This document shows, piece after piece, positions 13,601 through 25,000 of a stretch of DNA of 64,000 bases. Below the pieces are notes generated by a model. The model did no database searches, had not been told where the DNA came from, and saw only the letters and a list, made by a program, of their open reading frames with translations. Position 1 is the first letter of the stretch, and each line of letters opens with the position of its first letter. The position numbers were made by a program, and so were the translations under genes. Source of the stretch: Balanoglossus misakiensis (Eukaryota > Animalia > Hemichordata); the NCBI GenBank assembly GCA_040954595.2, contig CM082590.2, forward strand, positions 9,946,088 to 10,010,087, written 5' to 3'.

Positions 13601-16600
13601 TGCATTGCAAGACCCACCGTTTTGTTGGTGAGTCGACGAAGCACCCCGGGCAGGTATCGAGCCACTGTGATTGGCTAAGCCGAGCGTTTACATTTTCATG
13701 GTTAATTAAGGTGACTGCTGGCTTCTGGGGGAGTTTGGAAACGTCCATGCATATGTAGCGCGTTTGGAATCTCGGGACAATCTGTCAGCGTTGATTGAAA
13801 GTGTAGATCTGCAACACCGAAGGAGGTTTATATCCACAAATTTTACTCCGTACTTAAACCTGGGTCTCCAGGAACAGGCCTGACAGAAAGCGGTTAATTT
13901 TTGTTACTTTGTACCTCCGGGCGATCAACTGCCCATGTTTTACAAATGACTCGGCAATATTCTATGCATTTCTGTAATTGGGACATCAATGGCGATCATC
14001 AAATGAACGTTTTTATTGTATTTTCGGGGCTTCAATAAATCGCCTGTATACTGTCCGAGCGCCCCAGTCAAGCTTTTATACCCACGCACGCGTTTACACG
14101 ACACAAGAGAGACATTTCACATTCCTTGAAATTATGATAATTGGCGTAAAATTGGACATCGCCAAACGCATTTTACGACATCTGAATTGAAAGCTCTTTT
14201 GAAAAGTGCCAAAAGACACGAGCCTTGTAAATCTAATGAACGTTAAACTAATACTCGTAATTTAATGATACAACTCCGGGATTTTATGTTCTCGCTGACA
14301 GTAAACCCACTTCCGGGTCTGATACCACAGTGGGCGTAAAAGTATTTGTTTTAGACTTGTGAGGAGTTATAGCTAAGTTAACAAGGACAGTTAATTAATT
14401 AATTAATTTCTACCGAGCTGAAAAATAATTTCTCATCAATACTGAATATATGTACCATAAAAGTAAACATTATTGACCTCGATTCGGTCGAGAATAGCAA
14501 TCAGGCAAAGTCGAAACATGTGGTGACCTTTGAACTCTCTACCTCTTTACGGCAGTTTTTACTTGGAGCCCAATAAAATTGTCTTTTCATGTTCATGCAT
14601 CTGCCAGGTACGAAAGAGAAAATCGTTACACAGAAAGCTGCAAGTTTTGTACCCCCCCCCCTTTCTAAATCTGTTTAGTGAATTATGTGAAATCTCTTAT
14701 TGTACTTCCTAAATCAAGTTTAAACTCAAGTATCCTACTTGTTAACACTAAGAGTGTGCACACAGTAATTACTTATTTATTTAAATAATAGTTTAACAGG
14801 TCCGGACTTCTATTGCAACAGTACCCACTCACGTGACTCTGGGACAGGTATTGATAAGTGTAACAATGAGTTTCATCACAGCATGGTTTTAAAAGTAGAA
14901 GAAAAGTATTACTCGATATTCACATAAAAATATTGACAGCTAGTAGGGTTAAATTTCGAATACTACATCCTGCGAGCGGTATGACCTGGGGCGGTCAATG
15001 TTTTACTGAATAAACACGTCAAATTTAAAGTCATTACTTCATTTCTGAACGAAGAGTACGCAGACGATAACTGTTTACTTTCCATTAGCCGAGTTAACCG
15101 ATCTAACATCGAATTGATTCTTCAGGGACGGACTATCGTTAACTCAATTATCGCGATCTGGATGACCCTTCAACAGACATAGGCAAGTGACCTCTGACCC
15201 CTGCTTCACTTTCACCGCGGTCAGGTGGTGCGGTGTCAAAACAGGTTGACACTTCCTGACAGGAGCGAATTTTCACAATAAATTGTCGTCGGTTCCAGCC
15301 GCTGGCCACAGTGCCTTTTCTCATTAATCAGTAATCGTCACATTTGAGCCACCGTGTCTATAATCTTAAGGACTTTGAGTATACAAATCTCATCTAAACG
15401 CGTGCGCAGTTCAAAGGTCAAGTAGTCATCATTGTTTACAAATAGAGCAATTTGTCGTTAATTACAGTTACAAGGTCTACCGGTTGTCACTTCCATGACG
15501 TCATAAAATCTTATTATAACTTAATTTCAGACAATATGCTCACAAAAATAATAAACAGAATTAGAAAAGAAATCAAGAAGAAATACCCCAATAACAAGTT
15601 TCACTCTAAAAAGAGGTCTTTGTCAAGTAACATGGTGCTTATTAGGTTGGCTGTAGGTCACTGTAAAATATCTCGGAAAATTGGCGGGAAGGTGAGAAAA
15701 TTTCACGTTGTGAGGAAACCCACTCAATTTAGGAAAGGATTCGCTCAATAAACAAATCCTCCTACTTCCGATTACCCAGTTCCGTACAGAATCAAAATGC
15801 CGATAGATTAAGACAACGACCTGAAATGCTGATTATCGACAGAAACTCGTAAACAGTAGACTGAGGGAAATGCAGTGACTTGCTGCAAAGCAATTACGCT
15901 CTGTTAGTTTTCTTCACGTTTTCGATTAATGTTTCTCCCAGACTCTATGAATTGATTGTGAATTAATGACGAGAGATTAGACTCCGAAGACCAATAAATG
16001 TCCCATGAATCGAAGACCCAACTTCGGCGCGCGTAAAGATCCCGGATAGCTCCGAGCGATGGAGAATTAGTCCATTTAACGCGGGATGTAAAACCGTAAC
16101 CCCGTACCCAACCCAGAACAAGGGTTCGGAGCTCGGCGATCGTATTTCATCCCGGCTGTGTCAATCAAAAACTGAGCGTCGGTGACAAGTGGATTCGGAG
16201 TGGAGAATGTGATATCAATATTTGAATGGTCCCTCATTTATTTCAGTAGTTTTCAAACTAAGAAACACAAACCGCGCAGGTCAAACGATGTAGTTTTTTC
16301 TTGCAGTTGAACAACATCTGTCTCAGAGTTTAGAGGAAAAATATTTGATTTCTTATCTGGGTATGGAAGGTTTTGAATATGTCAGCGAGTACTCGAGCTG
16401 AAAAGTCAGCAGCCAAAAATGCAACAATGTTGACACTTTCGTCTGGTGCCGTTTTGTCATGTAAATATTTCTCTCTGCTCTGTACGTGCTTCAAGGCTGG
16501 GACGTGCTCTTGTCAAATATAACGGATTTATCAGACGAGCAATTTTACTGCCAAGATTCGCGATTTTTTTAGAATGATCATCGATAAGATATTCCTCATT

Positions 16601-19600
16601 CCACACATTGCAGATTGGACATAGGGTGACCAGATACACAAAATTCGCTTCTGCTCGACGTCAAAGAAAAGGCCATTCTAAATGCTCAACACCAAACATA
16701 AACATTTTTCGTGCGATGCAATTATGCATCGACGCCTTGCGAATTAAATTTTTTGTCATAAAATACATCTGTGATCCCTAACCATCGGTTTAAAAAGCCT
16801 GCAGTTAGCTAGTCTATGGCCCCGGTCTATACAAGAGCGAAGGCAGTAGAAATCTACGGCTAAACTCTGGAATTGCTCGGGGCGATTGTTCATCAACGCG
16901 CCAAACAACGAGCGAGGGCAACAAAGACCGCCGGTGGACTTTGCACAAGCTCGGCTGGGTTAGCTTTGCACAGATAGTAAAAGCTTAGACCCGGTATCAG
17001 AAAATATGCTGCACTGGGGCTCAAACACCCGCAGAGACCTGTCAACACAACCAGAAAATACAAAACCGTACGGTGGGGACACGACACTCAACAACACAGT
17101 GTCGGAAGGCACGATCGACACGCCAAGACTGGCCCATCGTTCTCACCCAGCCCCTAATATACCGTCACCGCTCACTCCAGGAGCACGAAACACCTCTGAC
17201 GAACTCCCCCCCCCCTTCCGTACAATGACGGAGACTCAAGACAGCCACCTGTCGCCTTGCTCTGAGCAGCAGCGGCAAGTGTAAAGCGCGCGATCAGCTG
17301 AGTGTAGGAAGGTCATGCTCTATGCAAATGAGGCGGTGTTAGCGATGACGTTATCGCGGGGTACTCAAGTCTGACTGGGACAGGCGGGAAATCGTGATTA
17401 TATGAGAAACACAAACATTACAACTTTACAAGTGCCCATAAAATAATTAAATTACAACGATGTATCCCAACTACTTGTCTAGAATCAAGACTTGTGTGCT
17501 TTTTCGCTATCTATACGTTTTGCGTGTATTTTATAATGTTTATCGCATTTTCATTGAAAGGACAAAACAACATCGCTCAACTAAAAATGTCAACTGCGCA
17601 AAATTACTCAGAATTAATTAATATCATATATGTGTTTGACTATGAAAAAAACATTAAAAATAAATTATCTTTTTTGCCCAAGACCAGAACACCATTCTCC
17701 GGGGCCCCATTATTTTTTTTATTTTTTGGAGGGAAAACGGTCACTGTGCTAATAAGCAATAGTCCCAAATTTTTATCAGGTGCCAGTAAGTCTGCCACAG
17801 AAACCTGCTCATTTTGGCGCTAAAATGAAGTCATTGTTTTGGTGCCATTACTCGTGATGCATCGTCATGCGATTGCTACATCCTAGCGATTTTTCGCGTG
17901 AATTTCAATAATTGGAAAGGTCTTTTGCTTGCAGTTTCAGGTTTCAAACAAAAATGACAGATATTTTATCGCATGGACTGAGTGTGACCTAATCAAAATC
18001 TGAATATAAGTACAAAACAAAGCAGTAGACAAGGTGTCTAATAGAATTCCTTCATCAACAATAACAATGGCCGTATACACATATCGACAATGCTGACAAG
18101 TGGAGTACTGGGTACATGCTGTTTGGAGTAGAGCAAAACATAGCATTTGATAAATGTCCACAAAAAATGTCTTAACACTGCAATTTTATCATTGCAAGGG
18201 CACCACAACACCTCTTTTCTGTATACATGAGTTTTTGGTTATTACTGACTTGCAAACTACAATTATTGATGCACATTTACGGTCGCCAGTGTCAGCATCC
18301 TAATTTACGACCTGGTCGCCATTTTCAAAACCTGTCAACAAAGTCGACTAGAAATTTTACGACTGTTTTCGCACCGTTCGTAGAAATCGGATTTATGGCG
18401 GGAAGGGCGAAGCGCGATCGGCTCCTAGCTGGGATTTGATGCTTATTTACCGCTCAGAATGTGAGACCATTAGCCAGGATCAATAAAAATAACACCGTTC
18501 TTGTCGGAATTGAAGGAACGAATTTCCGCGCTGTGAGCAGAGTGATTGTATTCGAGGTGTCCAGCGCTAATGAACCAAATCACGTCGCGAGACGTTGTCA
18601 CAATCGCCAGAGCACTTATTCTGTCATTTTTTTCAAAGTAATTACGAAGGCAGGAAGATTCAGACCTGGTTTGTCTTAGGCAACATGTCTGCAAACCTCC
18701 CTGACTAGCAAATTTCACTCCTTAAGCTCATGCTTACTGTTGTGCTTCTTGTAAGCCGTTGCGATTGAAATCACTCGTTTACTGAATTTTTTTCTTGTAT
18801 CGGAAAATTTAGAAAGTTTAGGTTTGAGTCAAAATTAAACCTGCAACTTTGTTATAGGCTGGCAGATTTTCCAAACGGCTACACTTTGCCGTTTACGCGC
18901 CAAAACTGTTCGGCCTGTACGTGGGCGATGCTAAAATCTACCTTTCTCTTAATGTGCATATTGAGTAATTTGACCCAGTTTAATCACATAAAGCAGATTT
19001 TCCAAGGAATCTTGGATTGAACATTTTATCCTTGATTCATTCTAATGACGAATAAGACCAAAAACTTCGGGTGAATTCATTAAAATTAGAAATTTCGTTT
19101 GTGACGATCTGCTGATGGATTGACCGTACCGTTTATCACATAGAAGCCTCTGTCGTGTCTCTAACATCATGTGTAGGAAATTTCGATTGTATCATTTCAT
19201 TGGACTTAGTCCAATTTAAAAGAGAAAATCACTTGTTAGTCCTCTAATCCCGGCTGAAATAATTTCGAGCAACAGGGCTTTCGAGAGTCCCAAACAAAAA
19301 TAATTTCGCCCCCAAGTCTTGCATTATTTAATCGTGGGCACTACTCCCGTCATGCATTGTCGATTGGCATTGAGCGGAAGTGGCAATTCTTTAAAGTTTT
19401 GTGGATTGGTAGTGCCCGGATATGAACGACAAGCTGTATCAGTATCTCTCTGGTGGCTATTGATTTTTTGCACATTGTTGGCGGTTATATAAGGGTCGTT
19501 CAATGATAGTTGCTATAGATGTGACATTTTTCAAACCCGTGCATCATGATTGCGACCAGGCTATGAGGGGTTGTCTGTGGTTTCGGGTCAGAGGTCGATT

Positions 19601-20606
19601 TCAATTGGCCATCTTTTGGCTGCGATATCTCACAAAATGTCATCGATTGCGTCACGTGACTACCCTAGGCAACGATGAATGCTAAAGTTACCACTGACGA
19701 CAAAAAATGTCGTAATTTTGTTAATACGCATACACTATTCTGTATAAGGAAACATATGTCAACTGATCCATTTAGTTGTCATTTATTTTTCTATCTCATC
19801 TGCCGACATATGCTGTCAACTTATGCTACATTGCAATGAGTAATTTAACAACACATCAACAGGTGGTTCGGATTGATAAAAATTACAACCTTTTTCCAAA
19901 GAGCGGGAAAATTGATCGTCCCTCCCTGTTGTCAGTCAGACAGACGAAGGGAAACAAAGCCTGATGAAACAGACTGAGAGAATGAAAACTTTGAATCTAG
20001 TGGAATAGATGCGCAATCGTATACTAAACAAACAACCGACAGGAGTATGTCCATCGTATGTTTTGATAAAGGAAGCTCAGCTATTCTTATTTTATGTAAA
20101 GAAAACAAACATAATTAATTCAAGATCGACTGTGTACAAACATTTTATGCAATGGAACATACGACCATGTCACGTGGTGTCTGATTGCCTGCCAACAAAG
20201 TCACTTGTCACTGGCAGCGAGTCAATATTTTGATTTTTTTTCCGTGATATGTTGAATTGCTGTTCGTAGTTAAATTTGTAGCAAAATGAAACGAGGGCGG
20301 CAGATAAAAAGGGGGGATGTTTAAAATAAATGGAGGGCAGACCCTGCCATCCCAGGGGAAAATACTAAAACACAAAAATGGTTATTAAATGCATCGTCTG
20401 TACAGACTTTATAAAAAAGAAAAATAGAGGGCGTTTTTGAGCTATACGGAGTTCAAAATGTACTGTGAGAAAGAATAATTTATAACAGAAGAAAGTACTG
20501 AAAAAATCGCCGAAAACGAGCAGCTGTCTGTAGATACAACACTTTTTACACCTGCGAGTGGATTAGAAAAATAGTTCTAGCCAAAATTAGTCTACACGGA
20601 TGTTTA

Positions 20607-20650
20607 TCTGTTTGTTTGTTTGTTTGTTTTTGTTGTTGTTGTTGTTGCTT
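20607..20650. repeat. (GTTT)n/(GTT)n microsatellite
   Basis: Directly visible. Confidence 0.85.
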
Positions 20651-21961
20651 TTGTGCACAACTTAAAATATTTTCCACGAACTAGTATGTCAAGAATCTAT
20701 CTATTACACTCCACACAGGGCTATATAATTGACGTAACATTTGCGTAATAGGTATCGTGTCTGCAGCCATAAAATCAGTCATCTGCCTTGCAGATCTTCC
20801 ACTATTTATCAATTTATACCATCCATCCGTTCGTCCTCTCGCTGATGAGCTCATCCATTAATTTAGATCTCATCCCAACCATTAATCGATTCATCTATTC
20901 ACATTCATGGATCCTTCTTGTCAAATAATACAGTGGTTCAGATCGCCTGCATCAGAATGAAGGCAGCGGTGATAATACTGTACATAGTCTCACCAGATTT
21001 TATCCATGTAGTAATAGGAGTACAATACGTCCCATTCTTTGGAAAAAATCGTAATTATTTGATTAAGTTTTGGAGTAATGAAACATTGGTTTGGAGGACA
21101 TGTTGGGATTATCAATTACAAAACCTAGCGTGTGACGTATTAGTGAGGGGGAATAATAGATGACGTCATCCACGAAAAGACATCGTCCCCTGACGTTTCT
21201 GTCAAGTGACCCTCAGCTGGTGGGATATTATCAAAAGGTCACCGCTGCGAGGCGCACTGTAACAAACCACCGATTCAGTTTCAGAATATCGTACTTCGAC
21301 ACATTTGCCATAAGTTTGTTTTGTCGCGAAATATGACTGTCGCCGTTTTTTATATGCAAAGTGTCTGTCTGGACTGCCTAGAAATAGATGGCCTAATTCA
21401 AGGCAAGCAATTAATTAATCCAAATATAACAACCGTGTGACACACTTATATGAACTAACCCCTGAAAAATAATAACCGCAACTATTTGGTTTCTGAAAAT
21501 AACAGGAACGTCTGCGTTTCTTTGCAATAACTGTCTGCTTTAGGTGTGAATACAGCGTTTATGCAAATATTATGAATAATTTCTAGGATCGATGTACTTT
21601 TCTAAAAAAAATCAGACAGACAATAGGCAGACAGACAAATTAACCAATTGAACGGCGAAAACAGGTGAAACTAAAAATAGTCAACTGTGTTCTGCCCGGA
21701 ATCCCATCCTCTTACGTTATCTAGCAGAACCATCTACCTTACGGAAGTACAATGACTATTCTGACTGTTGATAGCGCCACGCTAAAAATAGAGAATGAAA
21801 CAAATAAGCATGTCCGGTTGTGTGCTTGCAAACTGTTTGCTACGGGCAAAATTGTTCGTCGAAGGTACTTAAGTATCTTCGGTCGTTTGCTTCTAATTAA
21901 ATCAGTGGCTCTGTACTTTTACCAGAGTCCACAGTACAACTTATATGTGTTTTGTTGTCAG

Positions 21962-22025
21962 CATTGTTATTGTTCGTAGCTTGTATTAAAGTCCGGACTA
22001 GAATTCAATTGTCAACAATAATGGT
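21962..22025. repeat. Palindromic dispersed repeat centred on GTCCGGAC (copy 2)
   Basis: GTCCGGACTAGAATTCAATTGTCAACAATAA (21991-22021) matches the reverse complement of 7570-7600 at 27/31 positions. Confidence 0.55.
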
Positions 22026-25000
22026 CGTTACACATGTACAGGCTATGTTGACATGTGGAGTACTAGATATATTAGCATGATGTTTGGAGCAAGAAATTGC
22101 ATTTTGATATACTTAACAAAAATACTGGAAACAAAGCCACCAGTTGTGGCGAATGCACAACCAAGGAGATTACTCCGCGAAGACCTCCTCTATGGAGGGG
22201 ACCACAAAAGGAGTTTTTGATCACAGTCCTCGTCACCACCACACTTTTGTCCTCCCTCGGGGACATGCGCACACATTGCCATGACCTTCAAGGTCGACAA
22301 CCATCGATATTTCATCATCCGATGTATATTACACCATAAAACACAGACCTATACATGATGGACATTTTCCCTTCTACAAATAACACTATTGGAACTACTT
22401 TGTGGTTATTCTGTGAACCAACATTACAAATTGCTTGTTTTGAGTCAAAATATTGTTATTGACAAAAATAATCACGTAGAACAGTGAAATGCATGCTATT
22501 TTCAGGCTACATGCAAAATCTAATTATTATCATAAAATAGTACAAATCGTCATTTCCTATGATAATTACTTCACATAATTTTCTTAATCTCTTTTGACGA
22601 GAAGTCGCGACTCAAGATAAACAAGTGGAAAAAGTCATCCATGAAATATATGATTTCCATTAATTTACTATATTATTGCAAGTTGGTAATTATTTCTTTA
22701 ATTAGAACTTGGAATTTCTCAAGACTTAACCCAATCGTTTGACCTTACTCGCTTGTCTACACAGGGATTACTGTCGTCAACTTCAAGTTGCAAATTCTGC
22801 GCACGATATATTTGGGCGCGAACATCTTCTATTGACAGAGATTTATTCTCGTGGGAAATCTAGACAATCATAGGCACTGACGACATAAGCCTGAAGTGAC
22901 TGTTAATGGCAAAAGCAGACGATGTTTTTCCGAGCTCGCTCCATCTTTCAGTTTTTTTTTTCTAACCACCACGCGCCAAGAATGCGTGGTCATTTTTCTT
23001 CGTCGTGTCTCGAAATCTGTCAAATATTTTGAGCGCTGCGACGTGCTCCCATGTCGTGACCCTTTTCTGCCGATTCATTCGTCTTCCTCTGACAGTAATT
23101 TGGTGAACCGTCTGAGAGCTGAGACTGACGGCGTTAATGAATTCTACTGTTTCAATTCGTTCGCACGTCGAGTCTACCCCTGTCGTGCGAGAATAGCGCC
23201 CACCACATAACACGTCAATCTCCTTCGCCCAACTCAGTCAAATAATGTCTAACGCATCGGAAACACGCCCTCTGATAAAGAACACGTCAAGTCGTATTAT
23301 CTAAAGGTACATATTTACCCAATTTCCCTCAGAAAAAAATGTTATCTCTGAACTTCAAAAATATCGAGGCTCCAGTGGAATAAAATGGGAATAAATGCTT
23401 GCAGTTTCTAACACGAGAAGGTGAACACTAAATTATTCAAGAAAGTGTCGTGTACAACTATAGTGCTTCAACCCCCATGCCCCGTTGTCTTCTGGGATAG
23501 TGACGCATGCGTGACAACTGATTCAGAACTCGCCACTCATAAATCAGCACGTGTGAGTCGCTGTCACTCCATATTTTGCAAAATTTATGATTTTGTTACA
23601 GCTGTGACTGAATTCGTTCTGGCCCCTTTTTTATCGTTTTCATCGAGTATTTCTTTACAAATCATACATATATAAATATAGACAGTGCAAAGTATCCCCT
23701 GGAGTTGCAGTCTATACGTCACTGATAAGGAAAGGTGGCGAAAACTTCGAGATCAGTTCGGAAAAGATCAGTCCTTATCGATTGCGACTCTTATGTAAGA
23801 AAGCCATTCGTGGAATACACAAGTACACAGACTAAACGATGGAATAAGGTGCAGGAACCGATAACACGTCTCTAAGGCGACATCATGATGTATGGGGGCT
23901 GGCTGAACATGGGGATAATATTTGTTAATGGGTTCTACGAGAAGCGTGGTGACATCGAGTTCGCGGCTTTGGATGAGGCAGGGAGTCGGCTGCCTTTGAG
24001 CGTCATACCTGTGCCAGTTTTTGACATTTTGACGCTAGAACCCAAATCCCCTGCAATGAAATCCATGTTATGTGCAATTAATTAAGGACCCCTTTCGTTG
24101 GCAGACTTCCAGGTGGTTGAGTACATGCTGTTTCGCCAGTCAGCAGGAGGAGTTTCTCGCTCTCGCAAAACTCAGCAGAATTTTACTGCCACGCCCAGCA
24201 CTATACCACAGCAAAGCCAAGCACGAGAAAGCATTATGCAAGTACAGCATATCACAACCATTCCGAATTCAATATTTATCCTGAGAACAATAGGCTATTT
24301 AAAAAGTTTGAGAAATTTGAGTCAACATGTCATATAAGCTTACCAACAAACGAAACATATGGACCATAAAATTAAATTACAACCGTTTTGGTTATTGTAG
24401 ATAAGTTACAGGGCAAGTACAAATCAAGTGTCTTGAAGATGACGGTGCAATGGGAAAAGGTTTTCTTGTCTCATGGAGACGATAAGTAACACTTCGCAAA
24501 TTTCGGGAAGAGTGTTGCATAGAAGCGCGAATTGTGCTTGGGAATCTAGGTATAATTTTATAATTCAATCGTCACCTTTTGGACACGGGAGTATTGTCGT
24601 GTTTACCCTTCGCATGGTTGAATTGTAAAAATCGATTTTGTACTTTGTAATTAGTATATTTTATCAACTTATTACGGACAAGAACACTGACACATGACAA
24701 CAGGCGAATGCAAATTCGCGCTAGTAGCAAAATGTATCGGCTGGTCTGATCGGTTTTAAATCTTGGTGAACAACTTTTTGTTGGTGAACTAAACTTATGG
24801 ATGAACGTTGGTGGTTATCGTTTACGAATCACAAGTCCCTATCTCTGTCTTTCTCTCTCTCTCTATCTCTCTCGCCAACACAAACTCTACCTCACCTACA
24901 CACGCCCCTTCTCCCTCTCTCAGGTAATTTCACAGGGGAATTCGGAAAGTATTTACATTTTCGACTAGCTGAAGGTAGACCAGACTGGGTGCTAATCACA

